A DNA stretch of 64,000 nt. Origin: a virus. The notes under the pieces were generated by a model. It was not told the DNA's origin. It worked only from the letters and a program-made list of their open reading frames with translations, and did no database searches. Below, piece by piece: positions 45,337 to 54,659 of this stretch (its first letter is position 1; each line of letters begins with the position of its first letter). The DNA lies in IMG/VR virus record IMGVR_UViG_2600255067_000001, positions 5,011-69,010 of that record. One strand, 5' to 3'. Both the position numbers and the translations under genes were made by a program.

Positions 45337-46137
45337 ATGCAGAATCCGATTCGCAGCCTCTTTGCCACCGCAGCGTCCGTCGTTGCCGTGGTACTCGCCA
45401 TCATGTCTGTCCACGTCGTGCCCGCCGGGCATCGTGGAGTCGTCAAGCTGTTCGGAGACGTTCAAGACGCGCCGTTGCCGGAGGGCATCCACTTCCTCAA
45501 CCCGCTCGCGCGAGTGGTCGACTTCAATGTGCGCTTCCAGAGCGCAACAGCAACGAAGGCCGAAGGCGGCACCGCCGATTTGCAGGAGGTCTACGAAGAC
45601 ATCACCGTGAACTATGAATACGATCCGGCACACGCACCCTACGTGTACAACAATTTCGGTGACGACGCCGACATCGAGTCGAAGTTCATCATCCCGGCCC
45701 TGTACGAATCGTTCAAGGCCGTGACCTCGCAGTACACCGCTGAACAACTCGTGACGCAGCGCGCGAAAGTCTCGCAGGACATCGTGCAGAAGCTTCAATC
45801 GAAGCTTGCGAAGTACCGCATCATCGTCTCGGACATCAACGTCCAGAATTTCCACTTCGACTCTCAGTTCGCGGCTGCCGTGCGTCAGAAGGTCGTCGCA
45901 GGACAGAACCGGCTCACCGCCGAGCAGCAGCTCGAGACGGCCAAGGTGACGGCGCAGCAACGCATCGTCGAAGCCGAGGGCCAGGCGAAGGCAATTGCGA
46001 TTCAGGCTCAGGCGATCCAGCAACAGGGCGGACAGGAGTACGTCGCCCTCGAAGCAGTGAAGAAGTGGGATGGCAAGTTGCCGGCGCAGTGGTCCGGTGC
46101 CGCAATCCCGTTCGTCAACTTCGCAACGCAGAAGTAA
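45337..46137 (+). CDS. SPFH / band-7 (prohibitin, HflK/C-like) membrane protein
   Basis: 266 aa with N-terminal TM (AASVVAVVLAIMSV), an SPFH core (VVPAGHRGVVKLFG...) and a C-terminal coiled coil (AEQQLETAKVTAQQRIVEAEGQAKAIAIQAQA). Confidence 0.75.
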   Translation: MQNPIRSLFATAASVVAVVLAIMSVHVVPAGHRGVVKLFGDVQDAPLPEGIHFLNPLARVVDFNVRFQSATATKAEGGTADLQEVYEDITVNYEYDPAHAPYVYNNFGDDADIESKFIIPALYESFKAVTSQYTAEQLVTQRAKVSQDIVQKLQSKLAKYRIIVSDINVQNFHFDSQFAAAVRQKVVAGQNRLTAEQQLETAKVTAQQRIVEAEGQAKAIAIQAQAIQQQGGQEYVALEAVKKWDGKLPAQWSGAAIPFVNFATQK

Positions 46138-46163
46138 CCCGCAGAAAAATCGTGCACACCCTC

Positions 46164-46215
46164 TTGCACATGTGTTATCACGCTGCTATTCTGCTAACCC
46201 ATTAGCGCACGGGTG
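46164..46215 (+). promoter_or_regulatory. Sigma-70-like promoter (TTGCAC-17-TATTCT) with conserved motif copies flanking
   Basis: cTTGCACatgtgttatcacgctgcTATTCTgctaacccattagcgcacgggtgtgcac. Confidence 0.4.
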
Positions 46216-46568
46216 TGCACAGCAATCCCACCCACCGCGCCCGAGTGAGGCTTCAGCCGGTGAGCCGTGCGCGTCCATCGCGTTAATCATCCGGCCTGTT
46301 TCGGACCGCTGCGGACGGCAGCGGCATGTGCGGGGCGCGTCGCGCCTCTTCTTAGGGAGATGGGGATATGGGAATCCTGATCGGTGTGTCTTTCGTGGCC
46401 GGCGCCTGCTTCGGCGCCATTGTCATCAGCCTGTTGCGTGACGGCGCGGAGACGTTGCGCGAGGGATCGTAACGCCGTGGACATCGGCACATGGTTGTGC
46501 GTCGCTGGCGCGGTCGTCGTGGCCGCAGCCATCGGCGCGCTGCTCGGATGGTTGAGCGCGAGGAAGAA

Positions 46569-47228
46569 ATGACGGAAGCGATATCGAAGCCTCTGAAGGC
46601 TTACCAGGTCACCGAAGACTACGAAGGCCACGGCTGCGTGGTGTTCGCCACCAATTCGGCAACAGCGCGCCGCGAAGGCGCGAGCGAAATCGGCGTCGAG
46701 TGGGAAAGCATCGAGTCATGCCGCCGCGCGCCGCATTTCGACAAATACGCGCCCGGCCCGGTCCCGATGGAGGAAATGATCAAAGCCGGATGGTGGTTCG
46801 AGTGCCTTGGCTGCGGGCAGCGCGTGTCGGACGACTACGAATACGACGACGAGGGCAACGAGATCGCGTCCGGCGCGTACGTCGTCCGCAAGTCGCATGT
46901 GTTCTGCAACCAAGAATGCCTCGCGCGCCACGACGCGCGCAAGCGCATGAACGTCGCGGCGCAGAACGCACTCATCGAACTTGTCGAGGCGAAGTTTCCC
47001 GGCTGCACGCTGCAAAGCGTGTACGTCTACGGCGAAAAGCTGATGCCGAGCGACAAGCGCAGCGGCACTCGGTGCCGCGCCAATTTCACGTTCCCCGGAG
47101 CCAAGTACGGCGCCACCTACATCTTCGGCGAAGGCGATGTCGCGCACGTGTCGCAAATCGACGTGCCGGCCTTCGTCGCCCTCTACCGCAAGTCTGAAGT
47201 ACCTACCGATCAGGAGCAAACCGCGTGA
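46569..47228 (+). CDS. Hypothetical Cys-rich protein
   Basis: 219 aa (internal Met of track ORF 46491..47228), ...WWFECLGCGQRVSDD...VFCNQECLARHD... putative Zn-binding. Confidence 0.5.
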   Translation: MTEAISKPLKAYQVTEDYEGHGCVVFATNSATARREGASEIGVEWESIESCRRAPHFDKYAPGPVPMEEMIKAGWWFECLGCGQRVSDDYEYDDEGNEIASGAYVVRKSHVFCNQECLARHDARKRMNVAAQNALIELVEAKFPGCTLQSVYVYGEKLMPSDKRSGTRCRANFTFPGAKYGATYIFGEGDVAHVSQIDVPAFVALYRKSEVPTDQEQTA

Positions 47229-47602
47229 AGCCGTTCGACCTTGAAGCCGCCAAGCGCGGCGAGCCGCTTGTTACGCGCGACGGCCGTAAGGCCGTGTTCA
47301 TCGCGCACGTTCCCGAATTCGATAAAGCGCACCGCGTCGTCTGCCGCATCGAAAGAATTGCATCCCCCGTAACCTACTACGAAGACGGTCGTGCGTTACA
47401 TCGCGAGCCAAACGGCTCCGATCTGTTCATGGCGCCGAAGAAGCAAACCGTCTATTTGAACGTGTACGGGAACTCGGGTCTGTTTGCACAACGGAACAAT
47501 TCGGCCGCCGTGTTCCAGACGAAAGCGGACGCACAAATTAACGCCGATAACAACGCCGCCGGAATCGTCGTTCGGGCTGTCCCCATCGAAATCGAGGTGT
47601 AG
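47225..47602 (+). CDS. Hypothetical protein
   Basis: 125 aa ORF, ATGA-coupled. Confidence 0.5.
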   Translation: MKPFDLEAAKRGEPLVTRDGRKAVFIAHVPEFDKAHRVVCRIERIASPVTYYEDGRALHREPNGSDLFMAPKKQTVYLNVYGNSGLFAQRNNSAAVFQTKADAQINADNNAAGIVVRAVPIEIEV

Positions 47603-47944
47603 CCATGGTCTACCCGCGCTCTCAACTGAAACGCTGGTACGTCTATGTCGGCGACAAGCTCGTCGCTGTCGTGAATGCCATCACGGATCGCGGCGCCGTC
47701 GCACAGGCATCGGACCTTACCGGGCACGCCGCGGCGAATCTCTGCGCGCAGACGACGATTCGCCAGCGCTGATCACCGTGCACCACAAGTCCATCCCATA
47801 CCGCGACACGCGGGCCGCGCCCGGATCGCAGTTGCACGAAGCCCTGACGGCCGGCGACAGAAAGCGCGCCGACGCCATCTACCACGAATGCGAGCGCGAA
47901 CTGGCGAAGCTGGAGCGCCGCGCACCGAAGCAGGAGAAAACGCC

Positions 47945-48232
47945 TTGAAGAACGAAACCGTGGCGCCATCGGGTGCCGCCGTCGAGCCGCCGAAAAGCCC
48001 GCACGACGATGTCCTGTTCACCGACTTCGCGCCCACCGTGCACGACATGTACGTCGCTGCAGCGTTGAGCGGGCTGATCGCGTCGCTCGCGGATAAGAAC
48101 CTTCGTGAATTGCGCGGCCTCAACGCAGCACACCAAGGCGTGACCCCGGGCGTGATCACGATCCGCGACGCGTTCGATTATGCCGACGAATGCATGGCCG
48201 AGCGCAAGCGTCGCGCGGAGAGGCGAGCATGA
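47945..48232 (+). CDS. Hypothetical protein (TTG or GTG start)
   Basis: About 95 aa, high-GC3 3' portion of track ORF 47675..48232. Confidence 0.4.
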   Translation: MKNETVAPSGAAVEPPKSPHDDVLFTDFAPTVHDMYVAAALSGLIASLADKNLRELRGLNAAHQGVTPGVITIRDAFDYADECMAERKRRAERRA

Positions 48233-48603
48233 GCACCATTAAAAATCCCGAGCCGGCGCGGATTCTTCAGCAAGTCCCGGTGACGCGCGACGAAAACGGC
48301 TATTGGTCGCACCCCGATCTATTGCACTTCTGGCAAGTCGAGATGGACGGGGCCGAGCGCTGCACGCCGGAGCAATGGGCCGATCTTGAGCGGCGCGCCG
48401 GCATCAAAACGCAAATCGTCTACCTTGAAACCGAGCGGATGGAGCATCCAGCCTATGTCTCGTACTTCGACAACGGCAGCCCCGATATCTCGGCATGGAA
48501 CCCGGCACCGCCGCCTGGATGGTGGATCATCGACATCTGCGACGCTGAAGACAGTCCGTTCGCTGTGTGGGCAACGCACGCTTGTGCAGAGGTGACCAAA
48601 TGA
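48229..48603 (+). CDS. Hypothetical protein
   Basis: 124 aa MSTIKNPEPARILQQVPVTRDENGYWSHPDLLHFWQ..., RBS GAGAGG. Confidence 0.5.
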   Translation: MSTIKNPEPARILQQVPVTRDENGYWSHPDLLHFWQVEMDGAERCTPEQWADLERRAGIKTQIVYLETERMEHPAYVSYFDNGSPDISAWNPAPPPGWWIIDICDAEDSPFAVWATHACAEVTK

Positions 48604-49484
48604 ACGACGACAAGCAGCCGGTGGCATTCATGTACCGCGACGGAGGTGCTTGGGAACTGGCCTTCGCTGACGACAAGGGCGAACTGTCAGTTCCGCATGC
48701 ACGGAAATACGCGCTTTATACCTATCCCGCCCATACCGAGAGCGCAGCGCCGGTCGATATGGTGCTGTTCTGCCCGAAGTGCGGCGTACAGCACATCGAC
48801 GGGCCGGAATGGCACAACGAAGCAGATGCGAGTATCGGCCTGCAAATCAAAGAAGTCGTCACATGGACCAACCCACCGCACCGTTCGCACCTGTGCCATC
48901 ACTGCGGCTTCATCTGGCGCCCGGCCGACGTGCCCACCAACGGTGTCGCGAGCATCAAAACATGCGGTAAGAACGATTCGCCGCCTCCCGCATCCTCGCC
49001 GGTGAGCGCAGCGCCGGTTGGCGCATACCCGTCTCGGCTTTTCAACGAGTCCGATGAATCACTCGCGCGGCGCGTAGATTCGTGGCACAGACGCAATCCC
49101 GCACCCTCGCCGGTGAGCGCGGATAGTGCAGCGCTCGCAGTGCTTAAGAGACTCGTTGCCTTGAAAGATCACAAGGACGAATACGGCAAAACGGAGCACT
49201 ACGAACAGTGGCAACCGGTAGCGTGGGAAGACGCGCGCGTTGTGATAGCTCCCGCACCCTCACCGGTGAGCGGGGCGGATGAGCGGGCGGCGCATATTTC
49301 CGATTATCTGAGCGCGCCGGGAATGTGGGCTCAGGTCTATTGCTGCGCGGTGTTTGTTCGTGGGTGGCCGTCCGACATGGCGCGCGGCGCCGCTGACGTG
49401 GCTGTCAAGGAGTTCGGTGATGCTGCGTGCAAGACGGTTGTGGATTTGACCAATACGCTTGATGAAGTGCTTCGGGTGGACTGA
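48600..49484 (+). CDS. Zinc-ribbon protein with three PAPSPVS repeats
   Basis: 294 aa, CPKCG...CHHCG zinc ribbon, followed by three direct repeats (cccgcaccctcRccggtgagcg) about 120-155 bp apart. Confidence 0.5.
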   Translation: MNDDKQPVAFMYRDGGAWELAFADDKGELSVPHARKYALYTYPAHTESAAPVDMVLFCPKCGVQHIDGPEWHNEADASIGLQIKEVVTWTNPPHRSHLCHHCGFIWRPADVPTNGVASIKTCGKNDSPPPASSPVSAAPVGAYPSRLFNESDESLARRVDSWHRRNPAPSPVSADSAALAVLKRLVALKDHKDEYGKTEHYEQWQPVAWEDARVVIAPAPSPVSGADERAAHISDYLSAPGMWAQVYCCAVFVRGWPSDMARGAADVAVKEFGDAACKTVVDLTNTLDEVLRVD

Positions 49485-49485
49485 C

Positions 49486-49944
49486 ATGGAAAAGCTCAAC
49501 GAACTGTTGCGCGAGTACGCGCAATCCATCCGCCGAGACGATAGCACCGGATTTATGCACGCCGATGCTATTCGAGAACTGTTCCACGCCCGCGCCGCAC
49601 TCGCCCAAACCCCTACCGGGCAGCAGGCGTTGAGTGGAGCCCAAGCCAGTCCAATCGCAGAGGTATGGCCGGTTACGGGAGCAGGTTCGATGGACCTGCA
49701 AGGCAATCTCGGTGTGACCATGCCATGCGCGGCAGCACTGCAAGCAGTAGCGCTCACGGGGGCGCTTGAACAGGCTATTCGATGGTTCAAGAAAAACCCC
49801 GACAATGGCGACGAAATATTTCGCTGTGGTTTTAACGGCGCAATCGACGTTGTTCTCAACCTTCTCGCCGCTACCCCGGCGCCGGCAACAGCAGATGCGC
49901 GGGATGCCCTTCTCCGCACCAAGGGCAATGAGGGCGGCGAATGA
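49486..49944 (+). CDS. Hypothetical protein
   Basis: 152 aa MEKLNELLREYAQSIRRDD... Confidence 0.45.
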   Translation: MEKLNELLREYAQSIRRDDSTGFMHADAIRELFHARAALAQTPTGQQALSGAQASPIAEVWPVTGAGSMDLQGNLGVTMPCAAALQAVALTGALEQAIRWFKKNPDNGDEIFRCGFNGAIDVVLNLLAATPAPATADARDALLRTKGNEGGE

Positions 49945-49965
49945 GCAAGAGAGAGTACCCGCGCA

Positions 49966-50238
49966 TTGGATCGGGCCATGAAGCGCGGCATGTGCTCGTG
50001 CTGCCGAAAGACGGCCGCGCGACGCGTCGATATTCAGGTCAACTGGTTTCGAGGCGACGACGAGGTGCTTAACCTTTGTTCTGACCACTATGCCGGAATG
50101 AAGATGGCGAGTCTCAGCTTCTCGCACCTATTCGAATTGGCTGAGTCCCAAAAGGCTCTGCGCCGCAAAGAAAACGAAATCGCGCGCGAGCGTGCAGCAC
50201 AACGGAAAGCCATTAAAGCGGGGGAAGCCAATGCCTGA
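49966..50238 (+). CDS. Hypothetical CxxC protein
   Basis: 90 aa MDRAMKRGMCSCCRKTAARR... Confidence 0.4.
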   Translation: MDRAMKRGMCSCCRKTAARRVDIQVNWFRGDDEVLNLCSDHYAGMKMASLSFSHLFELAESQKALRRKENEIARERAAQRKAIKAGEANA

Positions 50239-50446
50239 CAGTCGCGATACGAAAGACGAAATCAAGTCGGTTCGCATGTTCAGCAAAGACGGCGGCGACT
50301 GGATTATCAAATGCCGCCACTGCCAAAACATCATCGGCGTCGACGACGGCGATACCGATGGAACGCCGCGCGGAGAGCAGTACAAATGCCGCTGTGGCGG
50401 ATGGAATTCGGTGTCCTATAGCGCAGCATACGTTAAGGAGCTATGA
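50231..50446 (+). CDS. Small zinc-ribbon protein
   Basis: 71 aa ...IIKCRHCQNIIGVDDGDTDGTPRGEQYKCRCGGWNSV..., RBS GGGGGAAG. Confidence 0.45.
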   Translation: MPDSRDTKDEIKSVRMFSKDGGDWIIKCRHCQNIIGVDDGDTDGTPRGEQYKCRCGGWNSVSYSAAYVKEL

Positions 50447-50886
50447 CTGTGGACGAACTGATTAAAGAACTGCGCGAGGCGCTATACGGCCCTGCACAAT
50501 GGGGCGACACGGTACTGATGAGCCGTGCGATCGACTCCCTCACCAGCCAGCAATCGCGCATCGCCGAACTGGAGGACGAGGTTAAGGCGCTGCGTACTGC
50601 CGAACACGTTGGAATACTGACGATCCGCCGCTTTCGAGGTTCCGACAGCATGGTGAACACAGACTTCGACTACTACGGCAATCTCCCGGATGGGTCGTAT
50701 CAGTGCTACGTCGCCCCTCCCGCTGAACCGGTTCTGTTGACGGATGGAACTGCCAGCAACTCATACGCGACTGCTGAACGTGAGCACCTTGGCGACCCCG
50801 ACAAACGCACCGGCATTTACGCGCGCCGGCCGACCCGATACGAATACCGAGACACGGGACCACTTGAGACAGGAGACGCACAATGA
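50443..50886 (+). CDS. Hypothetical protein
   Basis: 147 aa ORF. Confidence 0.5.
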   Translation: MTVDELIKELREALYGPAQWGDTVLMSRAIDSLTSQQSRIAELEDEVKALRTAEHVGILTIRRFRGSDSMVNTDFDYYGNLPDGSYQCYVAPPAEPVLLTDGTASNSYATAEREHLGDPDKRTGIYARRPTRYEYRDTGPLETGDAQ

Positions 50887-51395
50887 GCATCGCTTTCCGC
50901 GCCATGCAATTCGCCCGCCACGTGCATCGCGATCAAAAGCGGAAGTACACCGGCAATCCGTACACCGATCACCTTGCCGAGGTGGCGGGGATCGTGGCTA
51001 CTGTTGAGGGAAACTACATGGTCGGGGCCGGCGTGATTGTGGCAGTGGCATGGCTTCATGACTGTGTAGAAGATAAAGGCGTCAGCAAAGAAGAATTGAC
51101 GCGGCGGTTCGGGCATTGGGTGGCGGATGGTGTCATGCTGCTGTCCGACTTGGAGACCGGCAATCGGGCCGAGCGCAAGGCTGCGTCGCGTGCGCGGCTC
51201 GCCAATGCGCCGGCCTGGGTGCAGACCATCAAGTGCGCCGACCTCATCAGCAACACGTCGAGCATCGTCCAGCACGACCCAAAGTTCGCGGTCACCTACC
51301 TCGAAGAGAAACGGCTACTGCTCGACGTGCTGACCAAGGCCGATCCGCGCCTCGTCGAGATCGCGCGCACTCAGGCTACGCAGGTGCCGGCATGA
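50883..51395 (+). CDS. HD-domain phosphohydrolase (RelA/SpoT-type (p)ppGpp hydrolase-like)
   Basis: 170 aa, N-terminal HRDQKRKYTGNPYTDHLAEVA (H...HD metal-binding motif of HD_4 / small alarmone hydrolases). Confidence 0.6.
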   Translation: MSIAFRAMQFARHVHRDQKRKYTGNPYTDHLAEVAGIVATVEGNYMVGAGVIVAVAWLHDCVEDKGVSKEELTRRFGHWVADGVMLLSDLETGNRAERKAASRARLANAPAWVQTIKCADLISNTSSIVQHDPKFAVTYLEEKRLLLDVLTKADPRLVEIARTQATQVPA

Positions 51396-51739
51396 CTGTC
51401 TACGTTGATGACATGTACCGCTACCCGGTCGGCCAGTACGGCCGGATGAAGATGTCGCACTTGATCGCGGACACCGACGAGGAGCTTCACGCGATGGCGC
51501 GCGCCATCGGCGTGGCGCGAAGGTGGTGGCAAGCGCCGCCGCGGCACGACAGCCACTACGACATCTGCATGAGCATGCGCGACAAAGCGGTAAGCCTCGG
51601 CGCCGTTGCGATCACTCTGCGGCAGTGCTCGGCGATGAACATGCTCCGGCGCGTCACCGGCGCGCTCGGCGCTCCGCACGATGCCGAGGAATGGGCGACC
51701 ACCAACCGGCGGCCGAAGCCCGAGCACGTGCCCCCCTGA
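51392..51739 (+). CDS. DUF4031-family protein
   Basis: 115 aa MTVYVDDMYRYPVGQYGRMKMSHLIADTDEELHAMARAIGV... characteristic DUF4031 N-terminus. Confidence 0.55.
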   Translation: MTVYVDDMYRYPVGQYGRMKMSHLIADTDEELHAMARAIGVARRWWQAPPRHDSHYDICMSMRDKAVSLGAVAITLRQCSAMNMLRRVTGALGAPHDAEEWATTNRRPKPEHVPP

Positions 51740-51804
51740 TTCTCTCCGCATGAGCGCTTCGCACTCGCTATACTGTACAAAAACACAGTATTGCGAGTGC
51801 AGCC

Positions 51805-52077
51805 ATGGCATACGGCCTCCCCGACTTCCGCCCCCTTCACGTCTCCGCGCTACGCGCCCTGTGGCGGAAATATCCGCGCAACCGTGATGTACAAGACCTG
51901 ATCCTCGAGGTCATGCGCTCGCGCCGCGTTCTGGCCCGCATTGAGCGTTTGAGGGTCACGATAGATCGCGTCTGGAAGGACGATGTCGGCAGCCAGCTCG
52001 TGGCGCTTGAAGAGCTTCGGTGCCTGCTTCAGGATGAGCGCACGCGCGTCGGCATCCTCTCCGACCGGGAACGTTGA
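51805..52077 (+). CDS. Hypothetical protein
   Basis: 90 aa ORF. Confidence 0.4.
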   Translation: MAYGLPDFRPLHVSALRALWRKYPRNRDVQDLILEVMRSRRVLARIERLRVTIDRVWKDDVGSQLVALEELRCLLQDERTRVGILSDRER

Positions 52078-52382
52078 AGGGCCGCGACAAGGCGCTTCAC
52101 GAAATGAACAAAGTCATTGTCGATAACATGACGCGACGACTAGGTCAGGAGCCTTGACTATTGCCGCGCGCCCGCGCCAGAAGGGGCTCCGGACATGCAA
52201 GGGCCAAAGTGGCGGGTGGCGCGGCGCTTTTTTAGCACCGAGCCCGTGAAAAAAAATTTAAAGGGGTTTAGGATCAATGTCGGTGTCAGATGTATCGCAC
52301 CCAAAGAAAGCGCGGCCCGTCCGAACGTTTGGCGACAGAGGACGAGCCGCGTCCCTTTAACCCTTCGACAGGGAGAACTGCC

Positions 52383-52469
52383 ATGAGCAGCTACTGCCTC
52401 GCGATGTCGTCGATTTATTTCGCGGCATCGGTGGTGTACGCACTGATGGCCGTGATGGGTCACGGCTAA
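52383..52469 (+). CDS. Candidate hydrophobic micro-protein
   Basis: 28 aa MSSYCLAMSSIYFAASVVYALMAVMGHG, RBS GGAGAA, in a 0.5 kb gap. Confidence 0.25.
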   Translation: MSSYCLAMSSIYFAASVVYALMAVMGHG

Positions 52470-52615
52470 AGTGCGGAACCCGCGCGAGCGAGTTTCACGC
52501 TGCTCATTTCTAGAGTAGCACCGTTTGCGCGCTGTAGAAAAATATCCCCGCTGTCACTAGATAATTTTCCGCTGGCAGCGGGCTCTCCATAGCAACCATC
52601 TTACCGCGAATGTTC

Positions 52616-52662
52616 TTGCATACGCGTTATCACTGCGCTAGTATCATGCTAACGCATGTGCG
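52616..52662 (+). promoter_or_regulatory. Sigma-70-like promoter (TTGCAT-17-TAGTAT) followed immediately by conserved motif GCTAACGCATGTGCG
   Basis: cTTGCATacgcgttatcactgcgcTAGTATcatgctaacgcatgtgcgtgaac. Confidence 0.45.
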
Positions 52663-52682
52663 TGAACATTATCGAGGTGGAG

Positions 52683-52982
52683 ATGGACTGCGCTGTCATG
52701 TACGACCTTGGCCGGCACCTGGCACAAGTGGATCGCGAAGACGCCTATGAGGAATGGCTCGAAACAGCGGTCTGCGCTCGTCAGGACCGCATGGACGGCA
52801 TGGGCGTTGACCAGCTCGCCGAGACGCTGACGGACCTCGTCGGCGGCACGCCTGAATTCGACGCATTGTTCGACACCGACGGGAACCTCCTGCCCGGTGC
52901 CGAGCGCACCTTGCGCACATGGGTTAGCAGAGACGAAACCATCCGCAGCATCCGGCTTCGCCTCACTCGCAGTGCCCACTAA
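52683..52982 (+). CDS. Hypothetical protein
   Basis: 99 aa, RBS GAGGTGGAG. Confidence 0.45.
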   Translation: MDCAVMYDLGRHLAQVDREDAYEEWLETAVCARQDRMDGMGVDQLAETLTDLVGGTPEFDALFDTDGNLLPGAERTLRTWVSRDETIRSIRLRLTRSAH

Positions 52983-53004
52983 AACCACGGCAGAGGTAAC
53001 CAAC

Positions 53005-54060
53005 ATGAACGCACTACTTCCGAAGCGGGCGCAGGAAGCATTGCCCGCTTTGCAAATGAACGAATCCGAATTGATGGCGGTACTACGCAATTCGCTCTAT
53101 CCCGGCGCGGCCGATGACTCGATCAAGATGGTGCTCGGCTACTGCAAAGCGGCTGGCCTTGATCCGATGCAGAAGCCGGTGCACATCGTGCCGATGCAGG
53201 TGTCGACAGGACGCCAGAACGAAGACGGTTACGACATCAAGGAAAAGCGCGATGTCATCATGCCGGGCATCGGTTTGTACCGTACCCAAGCCGCGCGCTC
53301 AGGCCAATACGCTGGCGTTTCAGAGCCCGAATTCGGGCCGCTGCGCACGATGAAATATCGGACGCAGATTTGGACCGACGGGCCGAACGGCAAGCGAGCC
53401 AAGTCGTGGATCGACGCGGACCTTGAATACCCGGAATGGTGCCGAGTCACTGTCCGGCGGTTGCTCGGGAATACGGTCGTCGAGTTCACCGCGCGCGAGT
53501 ATTGGACCGAGAACTACGCGACCAAGTCGGCGAGCAGCGATGAGCCCAACGCCATGTGGAAGCGTCGCCCGTATGCCCAACTCGCAAAGTGCGCGGAAGC
53601 GCAAGCCTTGCGCAAAGCATTCCCGGAATTCGGCGCGCAACCAACGGCCGACGAGATGGAAGGAAAGCACTTCGACGACGATGCCCCGATCGTCAGAAGC
53701 GCCGCAGATTCTGCCGTGGACGTGCCCATGCCAACAGCACGCGCCGCACTGACGGAGCAGTCCGGCGAAGTGCTCGAAATGCCGCTCAGCAACGCGAAAC
53801 GCGAGGAGGTGCCCGCAGAGCAGCAGCGCGAGCCCGCACAAGCAGCAACGGCGAGCACTGCGTCGCGCGCATCCACTGCGGCGCGGCCTCCCGCCGAAGC
53901 AAAGCCGGTCAGCGAGAGCGTGATGCGGATTCTCAAAACGAAGCTGGATGTCAACGGCAAGAACGAACTCGACCTCAAGGCGCGGTTCGGTTTCGGCTTC
54001 GAAGCCATCACCTCGGCGAACTACAACGAGATCGCTCAATGGGCGGAAGGGCGGGCGTGA
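53005..54060 (+). CDS. RecT-family ssDNA annealing protein
   Basis: 351 aa, ...MWKRRPYAQLAKCAEAQALRKAFPE... RecT signature. Confidence 0.75.
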   Translation: MNALLPKRAQEALPALQMNESELMAVLRNSLYPGAADDSIKMVLGYCKAAGLDPMQKPVHIVPMQVSTGRQNEDGYDIKEKRDVIMPGIGLYRTQAARSGQYAGVSEPEFGPLRTMKYRTQIWTDGPNGKRAKSWIDADLEYPEWCRVTVRRLLGNTVVEFTAREYWTENYATKSASSDEPNAMWKRRPYAQLAKCAEAQALRKAFPEFGAQPTADEMEGKHFDDDAPIVRSAADSAVDVPMPTARAALTEQSGEVLEMPLSNAKREEVPAEQQREPAQAATASTASRASTAARPPAEAKPVSESVMRILKTKLDVNGKNELDLKARFGFGFEAITSANYNEIAQWAEGRA

Positions 54061-54659
54061 TGCTCGAGTTCGACGAACCGACGCACACCTACCGCCTTGA
54101 CGGCCGGATAGTTCCGTCCGTCACGCGGTTGTTGGACAGCGCGCGGCTCATTGATCTGTCGGGCATCCCCCCCGAAACGCTTGAGCGCAAGCGGTTGATC
54201 GGCTCGGCGGTGCACAAGGCGTGCGAACTGGACGACCTCGGCGTGCTCGACGAGTCGAGCATCGCGCCGGTGATCGAGCCGTACTTCTCGGCCTATCGCA
54301 AGTTCAAGCGCGAGACCGGCTTCGTGCCGCTCCTGATCGAGCACCGCGTCGCGCATCCGGCGCTCGGTTACGCCGGAACGCTGGATCGTACGGGCCTTGT
54401 GCTCGATGTGCCCGAGCAGATCGACCTCAAGACCACGAGCGCCCTGTCGCCTGCCGTCGGCGTGCAAACCGCGGCCTATGAGGCAGCGCTGTATTCCGAC
54501 CCGTCCTATGACGGGCCTCGCAACCTGGGGCGAAAGGCGCTGCAGCTTCGCAACGATGGGACGTATCGCCTCGAAACCTACAAAGACCCGCGCGACTTCG
54601 CTGTGTTCGCGGCTCTTGCAACCGTCTACCACTGGAAGGAGAAGAACAATGTCCGCTGA
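54060..54659 (+). CDS. PD-(D/E)XK exonuclease (YqaJ/lambda-Exo-like partner of RecT)
   Basis: 199 aa, catalytic triad context ...GTLDRTGLVLDVPEQIDLKTT (D..E.K). Start overlaps RecT stop. Confidence 0.6.
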   Translation: MLEFDEPTHTYRLDGRIVPSVTRLLDSARLIDLSGIPPETLERKRLIGSAVHKACELDDLGVLDESSIAPVIEPYFSAYRKFKRETGFVPLLIEHRVAHPALGYAGTLDRTGLVLDVPEQIDLKTTSALSPAVGVQTAAYEAALYSDPSYDGPRNLGRKALQLRNDGTYRLETYKDPRDFAVFAALATVYHWKEKNNVR

